DNA of 48,953 nt from Vicugna vicugna. Its lineage: Eukaryota. Numbering within the stretch: the stretch's first letter is position 1; each line of letters starts with the position of its first letter. This document shows positions 25,030-35,500 of this stretch, in pieces. The stretch is from positions 124,001-172,953 of the forward strand of contig MU057648.1 of assembly GCA_013265495.1 (NCBI GenBank). The letters run 5' to 3'. The translations under genes and the position numbers were made by a program. The notes below the pieces were generated by a model. It saw nothing but the letters and a program-made list of their open reading frames with translations. It was not told the DNA's origin and did no database searches.

Positions 25030-25317
25030 CAGCGCTATTGGACAGAGACATAACACGAACCACAAATGCGAGCCATGTGTGTCATTTAAAAATTTCCAGT
25101 AGCCCCACTGAAAAAAGTGAAAAGAAATAAGTGAAGTTAATTTTAATATTTTCTTTAAACCAATAGAGCGAAATTATCATTTCAGATATAATCAATATTA
25201 AAATTATCACTGAGGTTTCTTTGTACTAAGTCTTTGGAATCCTGCCGGTATGTATCTCATACTCACAGCGGATCTCAGTTCAGACTGGTCACATGGCTAC
25301 CGTACCAGGCAGTGCAG
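25030..25317 (+). mobile_element. MER33 hAT-Charlie DNA transposon
   Basis: cagcgctattgga...gagccatgtgtgtcatttaaaatttccagtagcc...tggctaccgtaccaggcagtgcag. Confidence 0.8.
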
Positions 25318-26685
25318 GTGAGGGTGGCTGGCCCAGAGAGCGAAGTCAGGTCACGACCTTAGCTGTGACCCGGGGGAGGCAGGAGCAGCCATGTTTTCCT
25401 TTCAAGCCTGTGAGCTCTTCATGAGGTCCATAGGGCCTTTCCCTCATGGTTGAACACTGCAGGCGTGGGCTCCAGGGAGAGTCACACACTTCTATAGCAG
25501 GGAGGGCGTGACTGGGCCACGGAGGCCTCTGTTCCTGCTCTCCAAGGGTCCTGCATCTGGAAGAGGGCATATTCCCCCACGTGCCAGGAATGAGTCCTCT
25601 TGTAAGAAAACTAGGGTCAAGAATTGGGTTCAGATCTTAGATGAGCAAATCCCATCACCAGTTCTATCCTCAGTTCTCTCATCTGGGGAATGAGGATGCC
25701 AGGAGTATCATGTCAGGATTAATTCAATGCTTAGCCCAGGGCGAAACACTCCCTCGTGTTCCTGAGGACAAAGGTTCTCAGCTCACTTAGGGTGAGGGGC
25801 CCAGAGCTAGTCCTCTGAGCCCCCATTTGGAGGCTGGGGAGACCGAGACCCAGAGAGAGGGGAAGTGACTCAGGCAAGGCCACGCCGGGACTGCTGACTC
25901 CTTGTCCAGATTCATCAGTACTGAAGGCTGGCTGTCGCCCACGGTCAGTGATATTTACACAGGAGTGCCCTCAGCCCTCAGACACTTCAGGATGGGCTGG
26001 GCACCTGCTACACTCCTAAGGATTGTCTGGTTGAGCATCCTCTTCCAGGCTGGGGTCAGGCTAGCTGTCACTCAGGCCTGGATGATGGGCCCTGGACCAG
26101 ATACATGATTTGCCTCCCAACTCTGCCACTTGCTGACTGTGTGACGCTGGGCAAATTGCTCAACCTCTCTGAGCCTCCACTCCATGTTGCTTACCCTCCC
26201 AGCTGAACTGGTCTGGAGGCTCCCTGAGGATGGAAATCAGGGCCCTGAAGAGAGGCCCTCCCTGCCCCTACAGATGTGAGGGAAGAATCAGGTCACAGAT
26301 CTCATTTAAGCCACATTTCATCCTCTCTGAAGCTTTGTGTGGGGGGCTCACAACTATCCCATTTCCCAGAGGGGAAAGGGAGCTGGCATGACTTGACCCA
26401 GGCCTGTGCTCCCCCAGCACTGGTGGGCTCCCCCTTCTCAGATGTCCCCTTTCCTAAGGGCAAGCGAGATCCATAGGCCTGAAGGAGTCCAGCCAGTCCC
26501 CTGATGGCATGGGGCACTGTGGAAACCCTCTGCCCAGATCTCTCCCCGCTTGGCCCTCGGTCCTGGGAGAACATCCAGGATGTCCCTTCCATCCAGCCCA
26601 GTGCTGATGATTCCTTTCTCCTACTCCGCCCCGAGGGAAGGATAAACAGTAGAGTGGGATGAAGGTCAAGGACACAAAAGAGGAG

Positions 26686-27160
26686 TGTATTAGGGTTATC
26701 TCTTGTGTCACAAATTAAACAACCACAAACACTATCTCCCAGTTTCTGTGGTCAGGAATTATGGAGGGGCTTAGTGGGCTGGTTCTGGCTCATTGTCTCT
26801 CATTAGGTTCCAGACAAGCCATCAGCCACAGCGGCAGTCATCTGATGCTTGACTGGGGCTGGAGGATCTGCTCCCGAGACGTCTCATGTATCTGGCAAGT
26901 CAGCGCTGGCTGTTGGCAGGAGGCCTCAGTTCCTCCTCACAGCGGCCACCCCAGAGGACAGTTTGAGTGTCCTTCCAACATGGCAGCTGGCTTCCTCAGA
27001 GCAAGTGATCCCAGAGAGCAAGGAGGAGGTGGTAACGTCTTTATGACCAAGCCTTGTACGTCAGGTTCCCGTCACCTAGTCACGCAGGTCCGCTCTGCTC
27101 AGCGTGGGAGGGGGACTAAATGAGGGTGCAAATACCGTGGGATGAGGATCACTAGAGGCC
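26686..27160 (-). mobile_element. MaLR (MLT1) LTR within the pseudogene intron
   Basis: tgtattag...cagtttctgtggtcaggaa...ggctggaggatctgctcc...aacatggcagctggcttcctcagagcaagtgatcc. Confidence 0.75.
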
Positions 27161-27624
27161 ATTGTGAGTATGGAGAGATGAGGCTGAATGAGCCGTGGGC
27201 CCAGCCCCAGGCCCTGCAGGCCACCTGGAGCATCTGGCTTTTTGAGTAAGCGGGACTGGAAGTTGGGGAGTGAAATCTGACTCCCGCTTTGCAGAGCTTT
27301 GAGGGCGGCTTGTGGGGAATGGAGCATAGGGAGCAGGTGGAAGGATTCAGGGAGAGGCGGCTGCAGAGTGCGGGCCTTAACCTTTCCTCTCTGAGTCTCT
27401 CCTGCCTCATCCATGTTGGACCCACATTTCCTTCCATCTCTCTCCTGTCCCCATCCCTAGCTCTGGTGGAGCCCAGGGATACTCTGGGAGGCCCCCAGTG
27501 GTTGCAGGCAGAGAGGCCTGGCCTGGTGTCCTGGGTCCCTGCAGAGGCTTGGGCCGGAGGGGTCTCCAGCTCCTCCTGTATCTCTGCAGCCTGTGAAGTT
27601 CTGGAAGCAACAGGATCTGGACAA

Positions 27625-28325
27625 AAAGCCCCACCGAGGAGGCAGGATATTAAAGAAACAAATCAGACCAAGGATTCCTAAAAACAGGAAAGCACAAAAA
27701 GAAATTTAAGAAGAAGGAAAGTTCATTTTAAGTTGTAAACAAACAAGTCCTGCATAAAAGGCATGAACTTCCGATGTCTGATCGAGGTAACAAAGGATGT
27801 TTAAATATAAACAGTAAATTCAGCCTGAGAACCGTCAGCTCAGGCTTTAATCACCTGAGAAGCCCCTCCTTCCCACATCCATGTGGCCCAATCCAGAGTT
27901 AACTGGTCAATAACTCAGAGCTGTGACACCAAAAAATACCTAATAAAAAGTTACCTTTTTCATTTCGGTCTGTTCAGATTAAAATTCCAACAAAACAGTA
28001 AAAAACTGATACTGAAATTCAAGGATGTCAAAGTATACGACTGTAACCCTGTGGCTACATCATAGGAAGGTATGAAAACAAGTATCAAAATGATCAATAA
28101 ACAAATTAATTTCAGATGGGATGTTTAGGAACAAGCTTAAGTAAAATTGTAGTAAGTTTTTGGATTCCCTGGATTTCTGCATTTTCTAGTCATGGGATTT
28201 GAAGTGCTCAAAACCATCAGGTGTAATGAATGTGTAATTTACAAGTAGAACATGACTCCCACGGGCCAGGCACCGAGCAACATCCAGATCCTCAGTAATC
28301 TCCAAGCAAGTCTGCGACACAGCTC
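27625..28325 (+). other. Unidentified AT-rich insert, possibly a retrocopy fragment (CDS end plus 3'UTR)
   Basis: Abrupt compositional switch inside pseudo-exon 4; one frame ends ...FLKTGKHKKKFKKKESSF*; AATAAA at ~27942 and ~28096. Confidence 0.4.
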
Positions 28326-28389
28326 TGGTTGGGATGGAGGTGAGGCTCTGACCTGCCCCTGCTCACTTTGCTCCTCCATGCTGCCCTCC

Positions 28390-28640
28390 CACCTCCATCA
28401 TGAATTTATGCAACAGCATCCTGACCGGTTTCCCAGCTCTGAATATCTGCTGTCTCCAGGTCACTCTCCACACCTGGCCAAGATTATCTTCCTGGCAGAG
28501 GTAATCACATTGGTCTCTTCCTCTAAAAGCTTCAAAGGCTCCCCACTCTGATAGGGCATAGCTCCAAGCCCCCAGAAAGGTCTGAAGTTTCTTCATGACC
28601 TGACCTAGTCTTGAAACAGCTCTCTTCCCTCTCACCTCTG
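28390..28640. mobile_element. L2 fragment
   Basis: actctccacacctggccaagattatcttcc...aaaagcttcaaaggctccccact resembles L2 sequence. Confidence 0.5.
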
Positions 28641-28877
28641 TGAGCTTCTTTGGGCCATCACCTCACCCAGAACATCTTCTGGGACAGGTGGTGGTTAAGG
28701 ATACAGGCATTGAGTGCAGACAAATAAGAGTTCAAATTCTGGCTCTGGCTCTCACCAGCCTCTGAAGCTCAGTCTGGCACATGTGAAATGGGCACATGGG
28801 TACAACGGTGAGCAGCAAATATGGCCCGGGACTTCCTGGGGCTGGCAGTTAAGGCAGTCAAACCAAGCCATGTCTAA

Positions 28878-29021
28878 GGGAGGGGATAGCTCAGTGGTAG
28901 AGTGTGTACTTAGTATGCATGAGGTCCTGGGTTCAATCCCCAGTACCTCCACTGAAAATAAATAAATAAACTTAATTACCTACCCTCCCCAAAGAAATTT
29001 TTAAAAAGGATTAAAATAAAA
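28878..29021 (+). mobile_element. tRNA-derived camelid-type (Vic-1-like) SINE
   Basis: gggaggggatagctcagtggtagag...gggttcaatccccagtacctcc; perfect 13-bp TSD aagccatgtctaa at 28865 and 29022. Confidence 0.92.
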
Positions 29022-30415
29022 AAGCCATGTCTAATGAGAACAATACTCTGCCAAAGAGGAGTAGGGGTCTGTTTGAGCATTTAACTGGGGGATCAGAGGA
29101 GGTGAGAAGGCACTAACAAGGCAGTACAGGAAGAGGAAGGAAGAGAAGAGTGTTCAAGTTGGGGGGTGGCATGTGCAAAGGCCCTGTGGTAGGAGAGAGC
29201 AGCAAGGGGAGAGAGATAGCTCTATACACTCCCCTCTTGGTCATCTGTGGTCTGGGAAGGCCAAGAACCTCCTGGCTTTTGTAGAGGAAGAAAGATAGGA
29301 GTCCAAACATGACCCCAGACCCCTAACCCACCTCCTTCCCTGGTCCCAGATCTTTGGGTAGGTGGTCAGGCTCCCCTTGCTCACCGCTCTCTCGCACAGG
29401 CCCTTGTGGCCATCTCCTTTCCTGGGGAGCAGAGGATGGGGTGATGTGGTCACACAAGGCCCTGCCTTTCCCTGCAGTCGCCCTGAGATGGTAGGGGAGC
29501 TAAGGAAGCCCTCCCCTGGCTGCCCTAGAACCTAATCTCCATTTCCCAGGCAGGCCCAAGCATGTAGCCACCCTGCCGTGGGCATGCGTGTCCGGCAGAT
29601 TCTCTCTCCCAACCCCTGCACCTAGGGCAACCCAAGGCAAGTCCTATGCTTTTGGAGAGACATCCATTGGCATCTGCTCGGCCATCTGTAGGATGGGGCT
29701 GACTGAGCCAAGATGTGAGGGCAGAGTGGGCAGGGGCTCCTGCAAAGCCTGATCCCACCCCAACAACGGAGGTGCTGTTCAGATTATGGGGTTTCCTTCA
29801 GTTGACAGGTTACAAGTGTGAATTCAGACTACAAGCAGGGCACCTGCAGCCACTGAGAGATGCCAGGAGTTTGAGGAGCACCTGGAAGGTGAGAGGGAGA
29901 GGCACTGCTGTGAGTGGGCGGGGAGGTGTGGGATTAGGGTTACATACCATGACAGCACCATCATTCTCAGCCCACAGGTCGGAGGGACCTAGGGAATGAG
30001 TCATGTTTTGTAAAGTGGGAGGAGTTGGGCCCATCACGGAAGAGGGAGTCATCTGTCTGGTGCCCAGATGGGTAGAGCAAAAGTCCTCCATGCCCAGCAT
30101 CAGCTGAAGTTTGAGGAGGTGGTGGTGTGGTACAGGGTCAGCGGAGGACATCTTCCCTGTGCGGGAAAGACAGGGACTTAAAGAGTGACCTGGAACCGTG
30201 GAGCTCGGCAGGCAGAAGGGTTAGCAACCAGCCCAGCACCAGCTGCCTGGGTTCCAATCCTGGCTTTGCTGCTCACTGGCTGTGAGGCCTTGAGAGCCTC
30301 CTTGGCTTTAGATTTTGTCCATAAGTGAGGATAACAATAGACCTGACCTCAGAACGTGTCCAGAGGATTAAATGAGCTAACACTGGACTGTCCAAAATGG
30401 CAACCGCTGATCACT

Positions 30416-30869
30416 TGTATTAATTTGCTAGGGTGGCTTTAACAAAGTTCCCACACTGAGTGGCTTAAACAGCAAGATGTATTCTCTCACATAGCTGGAG
30501 GCTAGAAGTCCAAGATGAAGGTGTCGGCTGGGTTGGTTCCTTCCGAGGACCGTAAGGAAGAATCTGGTCCATGCTTCTCCCCTAGCTTCTGACGGTTGAC
30601 TGGCCATGTTTGGCGTTCTGTGTCTTATAGAAGCATCACCCTGATCTCTGCCTTCACATCTTCACATCTCCCCTGTGCCGGTCTGGATCCAAATTTCCCC
30701 TTTTATTAAGGACACTGGTCATATTGGAATAGGGGCGCACCCTACTCCATACCAATCTCATCTTAACTAATTACATCTGCAATGACCCAGTTTCCACGTA
30801 AGACCACATTCATAGGGGATTAAGACATCAACATATGAATTTTGGGAGGACACAGTTCAACCCATAACA
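30416..30869 (-). mobile_element. MaLR solo LTR (MLT1C-like)
   Basis: tgtattaatttgctaggg...ctggaggctagaagtccaagatgaaggtgtc...gacacagttcaacccataaca. Confidence 0.85.
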
Positions 30870-30987
30870 GCATATGTGGCTGATCAAGCACCTGAAATGT
30901 GGCTGGTTGGAGTTGAAATGTGCTATACTTAAGTGCACACTGGATTTCAAACACTTGGTACCAAAAAAATGCAAGATAGCTCACTAT

Positions 30988-32226
30988 TACTTACAGATGA
31001 GATCATTAATTTATCTCGATTAGTAATTAAGAGAGGTAATTAGACAGGCTTACTGACCCTGGCTGATTAACAAGGGAAAGAAAGTGCCAGGCTGTTTAAA
31101 AAAAAAAAAAGCACAAAACAGAACAAAGCAAAATGACCAGGCTGTTTCTCTTATCCCGCTGAGGCGGGAAGCCCCATAAAAAGACCTGCAGGACCCCCAG
31201 GCAGGGCCACTACTCTCCTGCCAGCACCATCTGGTTCCCTGGCCCAGAGGCTCTATCTCACTTTTTGCCTCTGAAACGGCTTACTTACCCCTAAAATTCT
31301 ATTGGTTCCCTGAGCTCACTCCTGATTGATTATTTCCTTCACTCCTGATTGATTACCTCCTTCACTCCTGATTGGTTCATTTCCCTAACTTCTGATTGGT
31401 CCATTTGTAGTACTTCATTTGCATGGAGCTCACTCCTGGTTGGTTATTTCCCTCACTCCTGATTGGTTATTTCTCTTCCCCCGATTGGTCCATTTCTACA
31501 AAACTTGTTCCTAATTAGTCAACTTTCGTTATACATCATTTGCATATGATGTTGCAAAGTGTAAACTGGGAGCCTATAAAACCCGGCGTAAACCCACAGA
31601 CAGGGTCCAAAGCTTAGAGTGTTAACTGTTTTGGGCCTGTTGGCCTAATAAACCTGAGTTCTCCAATTCTCCTAGTGCTGTTTGGTCTCTTGCCTGGATC
31701 CGGGTTGCTGTCACAACTGAGCTGTAACATATTTTTTTCTGCAGCTCGGTAGCTGACCCCTTAATTCCAAGGACATAGTCATACAGCAGGATGATTTAAG
31801 TTCCAGAACTGCTGCATTAATTCCGAGGATGTACCCTAGTATCTCTTGCTTTATTCTCTTTCCCGGTGAAGTTTTTGTTTAAAGGCTGAGCTCCGCGATA
31901 GGAAAGAAACAGGTGTAGAAGATGCTTGGCACCACCCGAGTGAAGATCACGATGGTAGAGCCTTCCAGTGGAAGACCCTGAGGATGGATCAGGGGCTGGA
32001 GCTGTCTAACCGGCTACCTGGCTAATGGCTCCCTACGAGAGTGTTTTCTTTTTTCTCTCTCTCTGAGCAATAAAGCAGCTTTCTTTTTTTTTTTTTATCA
32101 CTTTGCCCCTTTCCCATTATTGAGAATTCTGTCTCAGTTGACAGGCAAGGACCTATACGTTTAAAGCAGGGCTTGCCCACAAATTTTGGTGGGCTTTTCA
32201 GTTTGGGGGTCTCTCTCTAGCCACCA
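30988..32226 (+). mobile_element. ERV LTR-type insertion (probably ERV1 class); boundaries approximate
   Basis: CCAAT tandem array, TATAAA at 31575, AATAAA at 31647, ctgtaaca at 31722-31729, CA end at 32226; interrupts MER33. Confidence 0.7.
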
Positions 32227-32558
32227 ATATAATCATATTGATCGTATGTTGAAATGATATTTTGGGTCTATTATGTTAAATAAAATATATTATTAAAATT
32301 AAAAAATTTCATGTGGCTGCCAGAGAAGTTAAAGTTACCCATGTGGCTCCCATTACCTACCCACTGACAAGTTTTGGTGGGCTTTTCAGTTTGGGGGGGG
32401 TCTCTCTAGCCACTAATATAATCATATTGATCGTATGTTGAAATGATATTTTGGGTCTATTATGTTAAATAAAATATATTATTAAAATTAAAAAATTTCA
32501 TGTGGCTGCCAGAGAAGTTAAAGTTACCCATGTGGCTCCCATTACCTACCCACTGACA
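32179..32558. repeat. Tandem duplication, ~189 bp x 2
   Basis: 32179-32366 and 32367-32555 are nearly identical; aca microhomology at the junction. Confidence 0.95.
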
Positions 32559-32639
32559 GTGCTGAGCTAATATTTATGAAGCCCTTAGAGCAGGGCCTGG
32601 CCCGTAGAAAACACTGGTAAGTGCTGGTTAAATAAAGAC

Positions 32640-33560
32640 TTTTCTTGAAATATGAATTGTTACTTGTGGCATTTAAAAAATATGAGTTTTTCCATTCCTC
32701 GAGGACTGAGAAAAGTTGGGGACAAATTTCTATTGCTGTCTGGCCTTTCTTTTATTGAGTGGATTTGGGCTTACATTCTGGAAGCACTTGGCATATGTAA
32801 TACTGTCTTGTCTCCTCTAACTCGTTTCATGATATTTTTTCCCCCATGTCATCATAAGCTCCTCATCTACCACATTAAGCACCGTGGTTTCCTGAAAAAT
32901 TATTTTGTTTTCTTATTAACCACAAACAACTTTAAGCTGAAAATATCTTCTGTTTGTTAGAACTGTTATTGGGCGAAGTGGGAAGCTATCGAAGAATCCT
33001 AACGTGTAGTGCCAAGTAGTTTTCCAAAAAAGCTGAATCAGTTTGCAGTCCTGCCAACAACGTATGAATGTCTCCATTTCTCCGACTTATAACTAACTTT
33101 ATTCTCATTTTTTACAAAAAGGTTTTGTGTCTGTGTGTGTGTGTGTTTTGTTTTGTTGAAAAAGTGTCTTGTTGCTTGTACACATATTCCTTTGATAACC
33201 CTGAGGTTGAGCATTTATCCACCTGGTACTGTCCCTGTGCGTTTTCTCTTCTGATAATTGGTGCTTTGACTCCTTTGCCCATTTCTTTGTGTCTTACTAT
33301 TTTTCTTATCAGTTTGCATGCCTTCTTGAAGGATATCAATTTTTGTACATTGTCTTTTTCCCCAAATTCACATCAGCCAATACTGACTAACTGCTTAATT
33401 CTGTTTCTTGTTTAACAGATTTTTGTATTTATGTATAATCAAATCAACTGATCGCCCTTCATGATTTCTGTCACTGCTTTTAAGTGCAGACCATGCCCTC
33501 CCAGCGATGTGGTAGCATCACTTTTACTTTCTTTTAGCCTTTTGTAATTTCTTTCTTTCT
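32640..33560 (-). mobile_element. Old L1M fragment (approximate limits)
   Basis: T-rich antisense L1-like motifs (ttttccaaa...cctgccaacaacgtatgaatgtctccatttctcc; gaggttgagcattt; ctttgcccatttct). Confidence 0.55.
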
Positions 33561-33590
33561 TTCCCCTTAAGATTTAAAATCCTTCTAGGA

Positions 33591-34240
33591 CAGTACCATT
33601 CAAATGAAATACAATGCAAGCCACAAATGTGAGACACACATGTAATTTTAAATTTCCTGGTAGCCATATTTTTTTTAAAGTGAACAAAAAAATAGGTGGA
33701 GCACAGAAGATCTTTAGGATAGTGAAAATATTTAGTGGTGAATTTATGTCATTATATATTTGTTCAGACTCATAGCCTGTACAACACCAAGAGTAAACCT
33801 AATGTAAACTACGCACTTTGGGTGATAACAACATGTTAATGTGGGTTTACTGATTGTAACAAATGTACCACTTTGGTGGGGGATGTCTGTAGGCTGCGTC
33901 TATGGGGACAGGAGATAATATGAGAGCTCTCTATAACTTCTGCTCAATTTTGCTGTGAATCTAAATCTACCCTAAAAATAAAATTTATTAATTTAAAAAA
34001 TTATCAAAAAGTAAAACAAACCGGTGAAGTTAATTTTAACAACATATCTTGTTAACCCAATATATCCAAAAATATTCTTTCAACAAGTAATCAATATAAA
34101 AAATTAATGAAACTTTTTTTGGTACTGTCTTCAAAATTTGCTGTGTATTGTACGCTTATATTTCCTCTCCATTCACACTAGTGACATGTTCCCAGTGCTC
34201 AGCCATAGGTGGCTCATGGCCACCAGAGTGGTCAGCAGAG
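33591..34240 (+). mobile_element. MER33 interrupted by an L1MC-type 3' end (~33692-34005)
   Basis: MER33 halves flank tgtacaacaccaagagtaaacctaatgtaaac...gattgtaacaaatgtaccact...ctaaaaataaa. Confidence 0.75.
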
Positions 34241-34959
34241 GTGTAGAATTTGGTTTGATCCCAAGGGAGAGTAGAAGGTAAAGTTCTGCCCTCTTCACCT
34301 TCACCTCCCACCTGCTCCTCTTTCTCGAAAATTCCTGGCCAGCCAGCTTGGGTTTTCTCACCTTCCCCAGGGACCTCTGCCTGGCTCTGGGATGCCATCC
34401 TGGACACCTGTGTCAGCCACCCATCACCTTTGGCCTCCCAACCCCTCCAGCACCCGGCCAGGGATTCCATCTGTCCACGCCACCTTCTACTCCCAGCCTC
34501 TGGGCTGCGGGTCCTGCCCAGGAGCTCACCACTGGGGCCATCCTTGCATTTCTGCCCCTGCAGCTTGCAGCTCTGGTGACAGCCTCAATAGTAGTAATTA
34601 TGAAACTTGCCAGGTGTGCGGTGCCAGGTGTGCGGTTCCAGGTGAACTCATGGCACCTCTTTGTATCTAATCCACCGGACCATCTAGGAGGCTGGAACCA
34701 TTTTGCACATAAGGGCTCTCCTGTTGGTTACTGAGCACTCACAGGATCCAGTCTGCGTTCAAGGTCAAAGGAGGGAGGTTGGGGGCCCCTTGGGCAGAAA
34801 GGCTTGGAGACCACCTAGAGGGTTGAGCCAGGTTTATTAAAAGTTTGCTCGGAAGGGATCTCGGGTGTGTTCCCTGAATCTTGCCCACGTGTCCTTTATG
34901 CCCCCACCCCCCTTGCCTGCCTGGCGGAACCTGTAGGAGCCCCTGGGATGAGGCCAGAG

Positions 34960-35500
34960 GTGGGAGGGGCGGGGAGGAGGGAGTACCTGCTGCCCTCGGC
35001 TGGAATCTGTGCTCTGGGATCCCTCTTGGGGCAGGTCACCTCCCTGCCCCGGGCAGGGTGAGTCTTGAAGACTGTGGGAAAAGCCCCCGAGAGAAAGCGA
35101 GAAGCGGGCGGGACGGGGCGGGGCGGGAAGCGAGAAGCGGGCGGGGCGGGGCGGGGCGGGACTGGCGCTCTCCAGTCGTGGGGGCGGGACAAACCTCCGA
35201 CCCGCTGGGCAAAACCAGGCAGCGGCGGCGGGCGGCGAGGCCAGGCGGCGGGAGGACTGACTCGTTCTGGACACTCGCGTCCTGTGGCTCCTGAGCGCTC
35301 TCGGGCACCATGAGCGGCCGAGTTGGGGACCTGAGCCCCCAGCAGCAGGAGGCGCTGGCCACGGTGAGGAGCTTGGAGGCCGGGAGGCTTGGGATAGATG
35401 GGGGAGGGGGGACCCTGGAGAGCGCTTCTGTCCAGCCCGCCGGCTCCCACCGGCACGTGCTGAGGCAGACATGTACCCAATACTCGGCGACTCTGGGGCC
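34960..35500 (+). promoter_or_regulatory. SEC14L4 CpG-rich promoter with multiple GC boxes
   Basis: Repeated GGGCGG, a 33-bp duplication at 35095-35160, CpG-rich, Kozak gcaccATG at 35310. Confidence 0.8.
35310..35363 (+). CDS. SEC14L4: SEC14L4 exon 1
   Basis: [18 protein letters not shown]|gtgag. Confidence 0.92.

Larger units (their letters stand above)
24820..27624 (+). pseudogene. SEC14L6: Decayed SEC14L paralog at the SEC14L6 syntenic position; remnants of exons 1, 2 and 4
   Basis: 24843-24884 encodes LSGLSPSQERTLAP followed by |gtgagt, out of frame with ATG 24820. 26561-26635 encodes SWENIQDVPSIQPSADDSFLL with both splice sites mutated. 27590-27622 encodes PVKFWKQQDLD after tctctgcag. 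27445-27589 is similar to SEC14L4 intron 3. Confidence 0.8.
30383..32564 (-). mobile_element. MER33 split into three pieces (30383-30415, 30870-30987, 32227-32564) by nested LTR insertions
   Basis: The pieces join collinearly into an antisense MER33 similar to the copies at 25030 and 33591. Confidence 0.75.

Noticed and set aside
27281..27303. Possible pseudo-exon 3 (tttgcag agctttga)
   Set aside because: Only ~8 nt resembles the expected exon; too short to call
28878..28950. tRNA-like sequence (also at 16819, 15704, 12679)
   Set aside because: A-rich tail, TSDs and multiple diverged copies identify a SINE, not a tRNA gene
29809..29888. AG/GT-bounded 80-nt exon-like segment
   Set aside because: No similarity to SEC14L exons in any frame and no other support
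31315..31495. Regularly spaced repeats as a CRISPR-like array
   Set aside because: Contiguous tandem units without unique spacers inside a mammalian LTR
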